A stretch of 64,000 bases of DNA from an uncultured delta proteobacterium (GTDB taxonomy: Bacteria > Desulfobacterota > Binatia > JACPRU01). The notes under the pieces are model-generated. The model ran no database searches and was not told the DNA's origin. It worked only from the letters and a program-made list of their open reading frames with translations. Below are positions 30,961-44,072 of this stretch, piece by piece (the first letter of the stretch is position 1; each line of letters begins with the position of its first letter). The stretch is from NCBI GenBank assembly GCA_963745025.1, contig CAVUWD010000015.1:1-64000 (forward strand), in the 5' to 3' direction. The translations under genes and the position numbers were made by a program.

Positions 30961-33423
30961 ATGATGTACCGGTTCATTTGCATTCATGGGCATTTTTATC
31001 AACCTCCAAGAGAAAGCCCCTGGCTCGAGGCAATCGAGATCCAAGATTCTGCGTTCCCATACCACGACTGGAACGAGCGGATTACAGCCGAATGCTACGC
31101 CGCTAACGCCGCGTCGAGAATCTGGGACACAGAAGGAAGAATCGCCCAGCTGGTGAACAATTATGCAAGCATAAGCTTCAACTTCGGTCCAACACTCTTG
31201 CTCTGGATGCAGAACTATGCCCCCGACGCGTATCAGGCAATTCTAGAGGCGGACAGGCAGAGCCTAAAGAAATTCTCAGGTCATGGATCTGCCTTGGCCC
31301 AGGCTTACAACCACATGATCCTGCCGCTGGCCGACAGCCGCGACAAGAAGACCCAGATCATCTGGGGAATAAGGGATTTTGAGTATCGCTTTGGACGTAA
31401 GCCGGAAGGATTGTGGCTCCCGGAAACGGCGGTTGATCTTGAATCTCTGGACATCATGGCACAATACGGCATCGGATTTGCCATACTTGCCCCTAATCAG
31501 GCAAAGCGGATTCGGCCCATTGATGGTAATGAATGGCAGGACGTCAGTGGTGGAAGAATCGACCCCGGCATGGCCTATCGCGTGTCGCTGCCCTCAGGCC
31601 GCCTCATGATTCTGTTCTTTTACGACAGTCCCATTTCACATGCTCTGGCATTTGAAGGATTGCTCAACAACGGAGAGACATTCGCCAACAGACTGCTGGC
31701 TGCGTTCCCCGACGACCAGTCGGCTCCTCGCCTCGTCCACATCGCAACGGATGGCGAAAGCTATGGGCATCACCATCGCGGCGGCGACATGGCCCTAGCT
31801 CATGCCCTCCATCACATTGAGTCCAACGGGCTTGCACAGTTGACGAATTATGGCCGGTACATGGACGAGCACCCACCAACGCACGAAGCGGAGATCTTTG
31901 AGAACAGCTCGTGGAGCTGCATTCACGGAATAGAGCGTTGGAAGTCGGATTGCGGGTGCAACAGTGGAGGCAACCCGGGTTGGAACCAGGCCTGGCGAGC
32001 CCCTCTGCGTGAAGCACTGGACTGGCTTCGAGACGCCGTTAACCCCGCGTATGAGCAAATGGCCAGACAGTTTGTGACCGATCCCTGGGCGTCTCGAGAC
32101 GACTACATCGACGTCATCGTGGACCGATCACCAGACCGGGTCAATGCGTTTATGAACCGCCACGCAACCCGCCCCTTAAACTCCGGGGACGAGATCACCG
32201 TCCTGAAGCTTATGGAGCTCCAGCGCAACGCCATGCTCATGTACACAAGTTGCGGCTGGTTTTTTGACGAACTTTCCGGGATTGAAACAGTTCAGGTCAT
32301 GCGATACGCGGGCAGAGTTCTTCAGTTGGCTGACCAGCTTTTTAGCGAGTCCTTCGAATCTGGCTTTCTCGAACATCTTGAGCGTGCCAAGAGCAACATA
32401 CCTGAACACCGTGACGGCCGCACCGTTTATGAGAAATGGGTCACGCCTACCATGCTCGATATGAAAGATGTGGGCGCCCACTATGCCTTAAGCTCGCTGT
32501 TTCAGGATGTCGGTGAACGCAGCTCGATCTATGCGTATTCCGCCACCCGAGAGGACTACCGCAGCTTTCAGGTAGGACGGTCAAGGCTGGTAATCGGGCG
32601 GGCCACGGTCACTTCAGAGGTTACGCGGATATCCTCCAGCCTGTGCTTTGGCGTTCTACATCTTGGTGATCATAGTATCGCCTGCGGCACTGGTGAATAT
32701 CAGGGCGCGCAAAAATATGAAGCGCTGGCCAAAGAGATTTCAGCGGCTTTCGCCACAGCCGACTTCCCGAAGACCATACTTCTGCTGGGTACACACTTCG
32801 GGACGTCCACGTACTCTCTGACCTCGCTCTTTGCCGATGAGCGGCGAAAAGTCCTGAACATCATCATGGGGCCGACTCTGAGAGAGGCTGAAGCTGCATA
32901 TAGCTCGATCTACGAGCATCATGCTCCCTTGATTCGCTTTCTGACCGGATCGGGCACGCCACGGCCCCAAGTCCTGTCGGTCGCCGCGGACTTGTGCTTG
33001 AATGCCCAGCTTCGCAGGGTGCTTCAGGGGGACGGGCTGGACCCCGAAGTCGTAAGACCTCTTCTCGAAGAAGCTCGGTTGGCCGGCGCAACTCTGGATG
33101 CGACTGCTCTAGGCTTGTTACTGGCCGTCAACATTGAGAGTCTAGCCGACCAACTTCTCGAGCAACCTGACGACCTTTCTCGCCTAGAGAGGTTGAATAA
33201 GGCTGCACAACTGGTCCGAACCTTGCCGTTCGAGGTTAATCTCTGGAAAACCCAGAACATCTGTTACAAGATCCTTCACATCCATTTTCCCAACTTGAAC
33301 GAGAAGGCCGGCCTGGGCGACCAAAGCGCGCAAGACTGGCTACGCCATTACACGGTTTTGGCTGAGAATTTTTCGCTACGAATGCCCATATACCCCGTAA
33401 ATAGTAGACCTGCAAATGGATAG
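30961..33423 (+). CDS. GH57 family DUF3536-domain protein
   Basis: CIHGHFYQPPRE, SFNFGPTL, WLPETAVD, ATDGESYGHH, SSWSCIHG, MYTSCGWFFD motifs. Confidence 0.95.
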   Translation: MMYRFICIHGHFYQPPRESPWLEAIEIQDSAFPYHDWNERITAECYAANAASRIWDTEGRIAQLVNNYASISFNFGPTLLLWMQNYAPDAYQAILEADRQSLKKFSGHGSALAQAYNHMILPLADSRDKKTQIIWGIRDFEYRFGRKPEGLWLPETAVDLESLDIMAQYGIGFAILAPNQAKRIRPIDGNEWQDVSGGRIDPGMAYRVSLPSGRLMILFFYDSPISHALAFEGLLNNGETFANRLLAAFPDDQSAPRLVHIATDGESYGHHHRGGDMALAHALHHIESNGLAQLTNYGRYMDEHPPTHEAEIFENSSWSCIHGIERWKSDCGCNSGGNPGWNQAWRAPLREALDWLRDAVNPAYEQMARQFVTDPWASRDDYIDVIVDRSPDRVNAFMNRHATRPLNSGDEITVLKLMELQRNAMLMYTSCGWFFDELSGIETVQVMRYAGRVLQLADQLFSESFESGFLEHLERAKSNIPEHRDGRTVYEKWVTPTMLDMKDVGAHYALSSLFQDVGERSSIYAYSATREDYRSFQVGRSRLVIGRATVTSEVTRISSSLCFGVLHLGDHSIACGTGEYQGAQKYEALAKEISAAFATADFPKTILLLGTHFGTSTYSLTSLFADERRKVLNIIMGPTLREAEAAYSSIYEHHAPLIRFLTGSGTPRPQVLSVAADLCLNAQLRRVLQGDGLDPEVVRPLLEEARLAGATLDATALGLLLAVNIESLADQLLEQPDDLSRLERLNKAAQLVRTLPFEVNLWKTQNICYKILHIHFPNLNEKAGLGDQSAQDWLRHYTVLAENFSLRMPIYPVNSRPANG

Positions 33424-33441
33424 AAGACCGGGCAGTCTCTC

Positions 33442-36258
33442 ATGGATATGCCAATCGCTACCTATCGGATTCAATTCAATTCTGCGTTCGGCTTCCAGGC
33501 CGCGCAGCTAGTCATTTCCTATCTGGCGGACCTGGGTATATCCGACCTGTACGCTTCTCCCATATTCAAAGCCGTCAAGGGCAGCCTCCACGGCTATGAT
33601 GTGGTTGACCCCAATAACCTGAATCCTGAGTTGGGAACGCTCTCTGACTTGGAGGGGTTGGCCGCGGAGCTCAGAACATACAGTATGGGGTGGATTCAGG
33701 ATATTGTTCCGAATCATATGGCGATAGATTCGGAAAATCGCCTGCTGATGGATATTTTGGAGAATGGCTCCAACTCCAGGTACTTTCAGTTTTTCGACGT
33801 GGATTGGGATTATCCGGCCGCCAGCCTCAACAAGAGACTTCTGGCGCCATTTCTTGGCAGGTTTTATGGGGAGTGCCTCGAAGATGGAGAGATCGCCCTC
33901 CAATACGGTCCCGATGGCTTCAAGGCCGCTTACTACAACCTCGCCTTCCCGTTACGAATCGAATCTTATCTAAATCTTTTTAACAACTTGTCCCTGTTAA
34001 AAAAGAAACTTGCCGAAGACAATCCCGACTTTATTAAACTCTTAGGCATTCTCTATGTCTTGAAGTCGCTCCCTGCGAGCGATGAGCCGGAGGAGCGCAA
34101 TAATCAGATAAAATTCATCCAACGCACTATGTGGGAAGCTTACAATAGCAACGCTGTAATAAAGGCGTTTGTTGATGAAAACGTGCGGACCTTCAATGGT
34201 AAAAAGGAGAAGCCCGAAAGTTTTAATTTTCTTGATGACCTTCTTTCCCAACAAGTCTTCAGGCTTTCATTTTGGAAAGTGGCCGCGGAAGAAATAAACT
34301 ATCGCCGCTTTTTTTGTGTGAATGGTCTGATTTCACTCAAAGTGGAGGACGAGCAGGTACTAAACTACACTCACGGCCTGATTTTCGATCTGATTGAAAG
34401 ACGAATCGCAACCGGTTTAAGAATTGATCATGTTGATGGGCTGTACGATCCGACAAGGTATCTTCAAAGAGTGAGAGACAGGGCACCGACAACCTATATC
34501 ATCGTTGAAAAAATACTCGATCTCAATGAAGAGCTGCCACCTTTCTGGCCCGTCCAGGGAACCACCGGTTATGATTTTACAAATTATGTGAATGGGTTGT
34601 TTTGCCGAAAGGAAAATGAGCGAGAATTCAACAGAATCTATGCCAGCGTAACTGGCTTGACGAATTCTTATGAAGATGTCGTGCGCGACAACAAAAAGCT
34701 GATGATTCAGGAAGAGATGGCGAGCGACGTCCACAACCTCGCTCAGCTCCTGAAGAAGATCTCCAGCCGGGACCGCCATGGAAGCGACATAACTCTCACT
34801 GCGCTGCGAAGAGCCTTGACCGAAGTCCTCGCAGTATTTCCCGTGTACAGGACCTACATCCGCCAGGTTGTGGTCTCGGACGACGACAGCAAATGCATTG
34901 TGGCAGCCGTGGACCGGGCCAAAGCCAATTTCCCCGCCCTACTACACGGACTTGCGTTCGTACGAAGGTTCCTTCTCTTGGACTTTCCCGATTATGTTTC
35001 TGAGGAAGAGAAGCGGGACTGGCTCCACTTTGCCATGAGGTTTCAGCAACTTACCGGGCCGGTAATGGCGAAGGGAGTCGAAGATACCACGCATTATGTG
35101 TACAACCGGCTCTTGTCACTCAATGAGGTAGGTGGACGGCCGGGTAACTTCGGCTTCTCGCTCGAAGAATTCCACAAGTTCAACACGAAGAAAAGGGATT
35201 TGTGGCCGGATTCCTTAAATGCAACCTCGACTCACGATACCAAAAGAGGCGAAGACGCGCGTGCCAGAATAAATGTATTGTCCGAGATGCCGGACGAATG
35301 GCTAAAACAACTCCAGACCTGGATTAAGATAAACAGGGGCAAAAAGAAGCACGTCCAAGGCCTGGCCGTTCCGGATAGAAACGACGAGTATTTTTTATAC
35401 CAGACACTGATTGGCGCCTGGCCATTTGCAGATGCCGATTATCCCGACTTCGTTCAAAGAATTAAGGCGTATATTGTGAAAGCTGTCCGGGAAGCCAAAG
35501 TCCATACCGCGTGGTTGAAACCCGACACTGACTATGAAGACGCTTACGTCTCATTCGCTGAGAAAATCCTGGTCCACTCAAGAGCCAACGCATTTCTGAA
35601 AGAATTTATCCCGTTTTGCCAGAGAGTTTCTCACTATGGGATACTCAACTCCCTCTCGCAGACACTGATCAAGATTTCCTCACCCGGTGTGCCTGATTTC
35701 TATCAGGGATCTGAACTATGGGACCTGACCTTGGTGGATCCTGACAATCGCCGGCCGGTAGATTTTGAGAAAAGGCGCGCCATGCTGGCTGGCATCCGTG
35801 AGCAGGCTGATGCTGATATTGGCCGACTGGTCCAAGACGTTCTTTCCACGAGAGAGGATGGAAAGATTAAACTCTTTCTCATTTATCGGGTGCTCAAAGC
35901 AAAAAAAGCAAATCGAGAGATCTTCCGTTGCGGCGCTTATCTTCCCCTTGAGTCGACGGGAAGATTCAGGAGCCATGTCATCGCCTTTGCCTGGAGGTAT
36001 CAGCGAGAATGGGCCTTGGTCATTGCTCCGAGGTTTCTCAGCCACTTGATTCAAGAGGGAGATTTCCCTCTGGGAAGACAAGTCTGGCAGGACACAGAGG
36101 TGATAATGCCCAACGGAGCACCTGCTGCCTGGCGGAATGTTATCACGAGCGAGGCATTATCTGCGGGCAAGGCACTGTCCGTCGGAGATATATTACTCAG
36201 TTTTCCAGTGGCGTTGCTCATGGGTGAAGGAAAGGAGGGGTCTGTGCAAACCACTTGA
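33442..36258 (+). CDS. treY: Malto-oligosyltrehalose synthase
   Basis: PIATYRIQ, HGYDVVD, DIVPNHM, INYRRFF, GLRIDHVDGL, GTTGYDF, STHDTKRGED, LVDPDNRRPVD motifs. Confidence 0.96.
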   Translation: MDMPIATYRIQFNSAFGFQAAQLVISYLADLGISDLYASPIFKAVKGSLHGYDVVDPNNLNPELGTLSDLEGLAAELRTYSMGWIQDIVPNHMAIDSENRLLMDILENGSNSRYFQFFDVDWDYPAASLNKRLLAPFLGRFYGECLEDGEIALQYGPDGFKAAYYNLAFPLRIESYLNLFNNLSLLKKKLAEDNPDFIKLLGILYVLKSLPASDEPEERNNQIKFIQRTMWEAYNSNAVIKAFVDENVRTFNGKKEKPESFNFLDDLLSQQVFRLSFWKVAAEEINYRRFFCVNGLISLKVEDEQVLNYTHGLIFDLIERRIATGLRIDHVDGLYDPTRYLQRVRDRAPTTYIIVEKILDLNEELPPFWPVQGTTGYDFTNYVNGLFCRKENEREFNRIYASVTGLTNSYEDVVRDNKKLMIQEEMASDVHNLAQLLKKISSRDRHGSDITLTALRRALTEVLAVFPVYRTYIRQVVVSDDDSKCIVAAVDRAKANFPALLHGLAFVRRFLLLDFPDYVSEEEKRDWLHFAMRFQQLTGPVMAKGVEDTTHYVYNRLLSLNEVGGRPGNFGFSLEEFHKFNTKKRDLWPDSLNATSTHDTKRGEDARARINVLSEMPDEWLKQLQTWIKINRGKKKHVQGLAVPDRNDEYFLYQTLIGAWPFADADYPDFVQRIKAYIVKAVREAKVHTAWLKPDTDYEDAYVSFAEKILVHSRANAFLKEFIPFCQRVSHYGILNSLSQTLIKISSPGVPDFYQGSELWDLTLVDPDNRRPVDFEKRRAMLAGIREQADADIGRLVQDVLSTREDGKIKLFLIYRVLKAKKANREIFRCGAYLPLESTGRFRSHVIAFAWRYQREWALVIAPRFLSHLIQEGDFPLGRQVWQDTEVIMPNGAPAAWRNVITSEALSAGKALSVGDILLSFPVALLMGEGKEGSVQTT

Positions 36259-36295
36259 GTGGTACCGCCTCGACGGTGTTCCCAGGAGTGCCTGC

Positions 36296-36454
36296 GAACT
36301 GCTGAGGGTCAATGCGTATCCTCCTATAAGACAATGCAGCGCTTTTCATCGGCCGCCAGGACCGCCTGGGAAGCGCCAGATCCAGACGCTCTTCATCCGC
36401 TATGCCATTCCCGCGAATCTCCCCCCAAATCGCAGGCACGTCCATTGCCTACGT
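36296..36454 (+). pseudogene. Tyrosine recombinase (FimB/XerD-like) central fragment
   Basis: ELLR..AY, ALFIGRQ (shifted frame), [25 protein letters not shown] containing the HxxR catalytic box. Confidence 0.6.
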
Positions 36455-36557
36455 GTGGGAACACGCGTATTACATCGATTACCGCAATGCCAGGAAGAAG
36501 TATCTCGAGGCGTTCTGGAGCGTGGTGAACTGGGATGTCGCCGCCGGACAACTGTGA
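36450..36557 (+). pseudogene. Fe/Mn superoxide dismutase C-terminal remnant
   Basis: [28 protein letters not shown] is the SOD signature tail. Confidence 0.85.
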
Positions 36558-36564
36558 CGAAGGG

Positions 36565-36650
36565 GGCTATCGGCTTTCGGCGCTCAGCCATCGGCAAAAG
36601 ATGCACGGGATTGTCTTTTGCCGAAAGCTGATAGCTGACAGCCGAAAGGC
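36565..36650. repeat. Imperfect inverted repeat built of 7-nt units
   Basis: GCTATCG GCTTTCG GCGCTCA GCCATCG GCAAAAGA ... TCTTTT GCCGAAA GCTGATA GCTGACA GCCGAAA. Confidence 0.7.
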
Positions 36651-36662
36651 TTGTACTCTGCA

Positions 36663-38513
36663 CTACGTGCGCCGGTAGACGAAAGCTGTATAACCCGGCA
36701 CGGAAAGGACGAACGTGCCGTCGTGCGCACGAAGCGAATTGGGCGCTGCGCGGCCGCTGCCGCCATAGCGCTCCTCATCGGTCGCGAGCACGCGGTGCCA
36801 GATTCGCTCTCGATCATCGTCTTCGAGAAGGACGCTCTGCGGCATTGACGAGACGTTGAATACGGCCAGCAGCGCTCGGCCATTCGCGCCGCGATACCGC
36901 AGCGCGATCCAGCCATTCGCTCCGCCCGTCACGCACGCGTCTGCGCCCAAGAGCTCAGGCTCCTCCCGGCGCAGCGCCAGTAGGTCCCGGTGCAAGCGAA
37001 GCAGCTCGGCGTGGCCCGGCGAACCGGCAGACGGCCAATCGATCCGGGATCGCTCGAACGTCTCGACCGCTTGGGGATCCGGCACCTCGCCTTCCCAACC
37101 GAGGCTCACAAACTCTCTCTGGCGGCCCGTCCGCACGGCTTCTACGAGATCACGATTGCCGTGACTCACGAAATAGAGGAACGGCCGCGTCTCGCCGTAC
37201 TCTTGTCCCATGAAGACGAGCGGCGTGTACGGCGAGAGCAGAAGCAACGCGGCGCAGAGCTTCTGCGCCTCGAAGGAAATCAGCGCGGCGAGCCGATCCC
37301 CACGGGCGCAATTCCCGACCTGGTCGTGATTCTGCGTGAAGACCACGAAGCGCTCCGCCGGGAGGTCTCCGGCTGGGGCGCCGTGCCGACGGCGGCGAAA
37401 CTTCGAGTGTCCGCCTCGTAGCACGAACCGTTCGCGAAGCACCTCGGCGATCGCACCGACGCTGCCGAAGTCGGCGTAGTACCCGCGACGCTCGCCGGTG
37501 AGCGCCGCGTGTACGGCGTGGTGAAAGTCATCGCTCCATTGACCATCGAGGCCGAAGCCGCCATGCACCGGCGGTCGAACGATTCTCGGATCGTTGAGAT
37601 CGCTCTCCGCGATCACCAGCGTGCGCCGGCCGAGGTTTTCGCCAAGCGCGTGAACGGCCGCGGTGATTTCGGCTAGAATGTGCTCGGCGGAAAAATCGAA
37701 GATGCTGTGAACCGCGTCGAGCCGAAGACCGTCGACGTGGCACTCGCTCACCCAGTAGAGTGCGTTGTCGACGAAATAGCGGCGGACCTCATCGCTGTCG
37801 GGGCCGTCGAAGTTGACGCCTTGGCCCCAAGGCGTGCGATAACGGTCCGTGAAGTAGGGGCCGAACTCGGCCAGGTAATTCCCTTCCGGCCCGAGGTGGT
37901 TGTAAACGACGTCGAGAATCACCGCGAGCCCCACGCCGTGGGCCCGATCGACGAGGCGTCGCAGCCCCTCCGGGCCGCCGTAGGTGCTTTGCGGCGCGTA
38001 GGGATGAACTCCGTCGTACCCCCAGTTGCGGCCGCCGGGAAATTCCGCGACCGGCATCAGCTCGATTGCGGTGATGCCGAGACCGCGAAGCGCAGGCAGT
38101 CGCTCGATCGTGGCGTCGAAGGTGCCCGCCTCGCTGAACGTCCCGACGTGCAGTTCGTAGATCACCAGGTCTCGCATCCCCACGCCATGCCATCCAGCGT
38201 CGGACCAACGGAAGCCGCTCGGATCGACCACGCGCGAGGGCCCGTGCACACCGAACGGCTGATGGCGGCTCACAGGGTCCGGGCGGGCTCGGTCGCCGTC
38301 GACGACGTAGAAATAGTCGCTGCCGATCTGCGCGGCCTTCACCACGCCCTGGAACGAACCGTCGTCGCGACGCTCGAGCGGATGGTCCACGTATCCGCGC
38401 GAGCCCGCGAGCCGGACGGCGATTCGCTCCGCGTGTGGGGCCCAGACGGCGAACCGCACGGCATGGTCGTCGCCGACGTTCGCCCCGCGCTCGAGCGACC
38501 ACGAGAGCGTCAC
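36663..38513 (-). CDS. treZ: Malto-oligosyltrehalose trehalohydrolase
   Basis: FAVWAP, YELHVGTF, RNWGYDGV, DVVYNHLGPEGNY, GLRLDAVH, IAESDLND, QNHDQVGN, PDPQ motifs. Confidence 0.95.
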   Translation of the reverse strand: MTLSWSLERGANVGDDHAVRFAVWAPHAERIAVRLAGSRGYVDHPLERRDDGSFQGVVKAAQIGSDYFYVVDGDRARPDPVSRHQPFGVHGPSRVVDPSGFRWSDAGWHGVGMRDLVIYELHVGTFSEAGTFDATIERLPALRGLGITAIELMPVAEFPGGRNWGYDGVHPYAPQSTYGGPEGLRRLVDRAHGVGLAVILDVVYNHLGPEGNYLAEFGPYFTDRYRTPWGQGVNFDGPDSDEVRRYFVDNALYWVSECHVDGLRLDAVHSIFDFSAEHILAEITAAVHALGENLGRRTLVIAESDLNDPRIVRPPVHGGFGLDGQWSDDFHHAVHAALTGERRGYYADFGSVGAIAEVLRERFVLRGGHSKFRRRRHGAPAGDLPAERFVVFTQNHDQVGNCARGDRLAALISFEAQKLCAALLLLSPYTPLVFMGQEYGETRPFLYFVSHGNRDLVEAVRTGRQREFVSLGWEGEVPDPQAVETFERSRIDWPSAGSPGHAELLRLHRDLLALRREEPELLGADACVTGGANGWIALRYRGANGRALLAVFNVSSMPQSVLLEDDDRERIWHRVLATDEERYGGSGRAAPNSLRAHDGTFVLSVPGYTAFVYRRT

Positions 38514-39306
38514 GGCGCTCTCACTGCGGCAACCGTGGGGGGTCGGACAGAACGCGCGCGAACGGCGCGGCGCGGAAGTAGCCGCCTCGAAACGCCCCTT
38601 GCATCTCCGTCGCCAGCGCAGCCGCTTCGGCTCGGAACGGGCGCGCGTCCGCGCTGGCGGGAGCGTCTTCCTTGACGGTGACGGCGGCCGCATTCGCGAA
38701 CGAGCGCAACATGCCGGCGACGTCGCGAAGCGGGCTGTGACGCCGCCGGCGCTCGGCGAGCGGACGCGCTGGCTCGCCTTCGAAGTCGAGAATCACGTAG
38801 CATGGAGCTGTTGCTCTGCTCGCCTTCGAGGAGGCGCGAGGGAGTCTCGGGCTCCGGCAGCGACTCACCGTAGGGCGCGGCGATCCAGCGTGTGCCATGC
38901 GCCTCGAAGCGCTCGCGATCGCGGAGCGCGCGCAGCAAGCGCGCGCGGAAGCCCGCGTCGCGAACGGCGTCGACGAGGACGCCGCGCCCGGCACCCGACT
39001 CGACCACCGCCAGCACACCGGCCTCATTCGCATCACCGCGCCGAACGGTGAGGGGGAGCTGGTGCGTGGCGATCGACGCCTGCTGAGCAGTGATCTCGAC
39101 GCGTGCGATCGCGGCGTCGATCGGCTCGCGGAAGAGTGGCATCACGTCGCGGAAGCGCCCCGTCGGATCGGCGAGACCCTTCGAACCGAACCTGCGCTGC
39201 GGGCGGAGAAAATCGATCAGCGGCTCGCCGTCGAGCTCGCGGAGCGCGGAGAGGCTCAAGGCGTCTCGCAAACGCCCTTCGACGCGAACGGTCGCGGGGG
39301 CCACCA

Positions 39307-39310
<4 letters not shown>
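38510..39310 (-). pseudogene. Maltokinase (Mak/Pep2)-like gene with internal deletion and frameshift
   Basis: QRRFGSKG, EQSNSS, then directly [29 protein letters not shown] in another frame; the kinase core between them is missing. Confidence 0.8.
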
Positions 39311-40950
<1,640 letters not shown>

Positions 40951-40954
<4 letters not shown>

Positions 40955-41360
40955 CGTGCCGCTCCCCGCTCCACTCGAAGGACTTGGCCCGCCTGACCCA
41001 TGGTCGGGTCCAGGCGCACGTAGTTCCGGCTTCCTCTCCAGCTGTAGCGAGTTCCGCTCAGCAAATCGTCCACGAAGTAGGTCTCGTCGTGCGTGATGCC
41101 GAGGTCGCCGAGAGGAACATGCACCATGGTCTCGTGTGGACGGTGCGGGCAAACTCAGGCTATCAGCAGCTCGTTGCCGGGCGCGGATCGACGATAGAAC
41201 AGGATCTGCTCGTTCTCGGAGTGGAGGAACGTCACGTTCCCATAGAGCTGCAACGCTCGATTCTCACGGCGGATCCGGTTGAGGAGGGCGATGTCCGACT
41301 TGAGATTGCCGGGGGCACTCCAATCCCGGACCCGGATCTCGAACTTATCGGCATCTGGAA
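40951..41360 (-). pseudogene. glgE: GlgE maltosyltransferase C-terminal remnant
   Basis: KFEIRVRDW, LNRIRRENRALQ, then in another frame VDDLLSGTRYSWRGSRNYVRLDP; stop overlaps the treS start. Confidence 0.8.
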
Positions 41361-41754
41361 CTCTTCGGCGCTCCAAGTCAAACGCTCTCTCTTTTGCTGA
41401 ACAGTTTCACCTCCACTGCTGTCGTTGATGCGAATACTATTGTTGCTCCACGAGGTTCGTCATCCTTCTGTTCGCGCTCTCGTTGTGGCGATGCTTACAG
41501 GTTCGCCGGCCATGCTGGGGGTGCGAGGGTCGGAGGCGCCATCCATCCATCGGCCTCGATTGCGGCCAAGCCGGTACGCGCGCTCTCCAGACGCTTGCGT
41601 GGAACCAGTGGAAACATCCTTCGCTTTGTCGCTCTTGGTCCGCTCGATCAGGCCGCCTCCGGCGCAACCGCTACGGTTCGAAGCTTCCCTGGCTCGACCG
41701 TCTACCACGTTGGAGTGGTGGCCAGCCGCTTCATCCTCTATCCTCTCTATCCTC

Positions 41755-42269
41755 GGATCCCAGGCCCAGTTCGAGGGCTCGAAGTCCTTCAAGATGATGC
41801 GCGCCTCGGGGTAGCGCTCGGTCGAGTCGCTCCAGACGTAGAAGTCGCGCTCGACCGACCCGGGGGGCGCGCGGCGCGCGCGCTTGAACCACGGGTGCTG
41901 GTCCGAGGTGTGGTTGAGGACCAGCTCCATGATCACGCGGATGCCGCGCTTGTGCGCCTCGTCGAGCAGCAGCTCGAAGTCGGCGAGCGTCCCGCAGTCG
42001 GGGTGCACGTCGGTGTAGTCCGCGATGTCGTAGCCGTCGTCGCGCAGCGGCGACGGGTAGAACGGCAGCAGCCAGATGGCGGTGATCCCCAGGTCCGCCA
42101 GGTAGTCGAGCTTGGAGGCCACGCCCCGGAAGTCGCCGATGCCGTCGCCGTTGGCGTCGAAGAACGAGCGCACGCGCAGCTCGTAGATGACCGCGTCCTT
42201 GTACCAGAGCGGGTCCTTCCCCAGGTGCGGCGCCCGCCGCGGCGGCGCGATCAGATGTCGCTTGATCAA
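41755..42269 (-). pseudogene. treS: Second trehalose synthase, N-terminal fragment
   Basis: [38 protein letters not shown], then homology ends. Confidence 0.85.
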
Positions 42270-43787
42270 GACGTTGGCTCCGCGGACATCGGGCCCAGGC
42301 GGTCGTACGTGGTGGCCAGATCGCGCAGGCGTGCGGCGATGGCCGGCGTGAGCGCGCCAGTCGGGAGCTGCCAGCTCCAGTTGCCGGTCTCGACGCCGGG
42401 GCGGTTCATGCGCGCCTCGGAGCCCACGCCCAGCAGATCCTGCGCCGGGATGACGGCCAGGTTGGCGACCGAGGCGAACACGGCGCGGATCATCTTCCAG
42501 TGGATCTCGCTCGGGTCGCCGTCGGCGCCCAGGTAGTGCAGCGCCAAGCGCCGCTCCTTCTCCGTCTGCGCGCCGTCGCGCGTGCCGCTGCCCGCGTCGC
42601 CGAACCAGCCGACGGTGGTGTCGTTGTCGTGCGTACCCGTGTAGACGACGGCGTGCCGCGTGTAGTTGTGCGGCAGGAAGTCGCGCGCGTTCGGATCGGT
42701 GCCGAACGCGAACTGCAGGATCTTGATCCCCGGCAGATCGAATTGGTCGCGCAGCGCGCGGACCTCGGGCGTCACGACGCCCAGGTCCTCGGCGATGAGC
42801 GGCAGCTGCCCCAGCGCGTCGCGCACGGCGTGGAAGAAGTCGGCGCCGGGGCCCTGCCTCCAGCGTCCGTTGACGGCCGTCGGCTCGCGCCCGGGGATCT
42901 CCCAGTACCGAGTGAACCCGATGAAGTGATCCAGGCGGACGGCGTCGAAGCATGCTCAGCGCCGCCCGGAAACGCTCCACCCACCAGCCGTACCCGCCGG
43001 CCCGCAGCCGCTCCCAGCCGTAGAGCGGGTTGCCCCAGCGCTGCCCCGTCTCGCTGAAGTAGTCCGGCGGCACGCCCGCCACCAGCGACGGCTCGCCGGT
43101 CTCGTCCAGCGCGAACAGCTCGCGGTGCTGCCACACGTCCGCGCTGTCGTGCGCCACGAAGATCGGCATGTCGCCGATGAGGCCGACGCCTCGCGCGTGG
43201 GCGTGCGCGCGCAGCGCCCGCCAGTCGCGCGCGAACCGCCACTGCTGGAAGCGCACGTACGCGATCTCGTCGGCGAACGTGGCGCGCGCGCGGGCCAGCG
43301 CCGCGGGCTGGCGGTCGCGCAGCGCGGGCTCCCAGCGCGTCCACTGCACCTCGTCGTGGGCGCGCTTGAGCGCCCGGTAGAGCGCGAAGTCCTCCAGCCA
43401 GCCGGCGGTTTCCGCGCAGTACCCTTCGAATTCGACGTGGTCGCGGTCACCGGCGGCGCGCTGCCCAAAAGCGGCGCAGGCCGCCCGGAGCTGGTCGTCG
43501 TGGGAACGTTTCCGGTCGCCCTCGGCCAGCAGCCCGTCGTCGGCGAGGTGGTCCGCGCTGACCAACGCCGGGTTGCCCGCGAACGCCGACTGCGCGCTGT
43601 AAGGGGAATTGCCGTAGCCAGTGGGCCCGACGGGCAGCATCTGCCACCAGCGCTGGCCGGCCGCCACCAGGAACTCCACGAACCGCCGCGCCTCCGGCCC
43701 CAGGTCACCCGCCGCGCCTTCCCTCCCCGGCAAGCTGGTCGGGTGGAGGAGGATGCCGCTCGTCCGATCGTCCAGCTTGGGAATCAT
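42266..43787 (-). CDS. malQ: 4-alpha-glucanotransferase (amylomaltase), frameshift near 42950
   Basis: [67 protein letters not shown] motifs. Confidence 0.92.
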
Positions 43788-44072
43788 CGCGGCGCGGGAG
43801 GGGAGGCTCCCGCGGGCCCCAGCTTAGCCAGCGTCTCGTTAATCACAAGACCGGTGCGCACGGGGCCAACGCGCGCGACACACAGATCACCCGGGTTTTC
43901 ATCTCGATTCCCTTCCACGCTCCGGTTTCAAGTCCCGGGGTTAGTGCTGCACGCCCGGAGGAGCGCCCACGACCTCGGAGTAGACCATGAAGCGGATCGG
44001 CGCGGCAAAAGAGAGGATAGCCACCGAATTCTACATACACCATCTGCGATGTCGGACGCTGGCGGACTGCCC

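Noticed and set aside
36055-36070. GAGGGAGATTTCCCTC palindrome resembling the 16-bp box
   Set aside because: Lies inside the treY coding region and is explained by codons.
41460-43787. 775-aa ORF suggesting a MalQ-TreS fusion
   Set aside because: Frameshift near 42950; malQ ends at 42266 in another frame.
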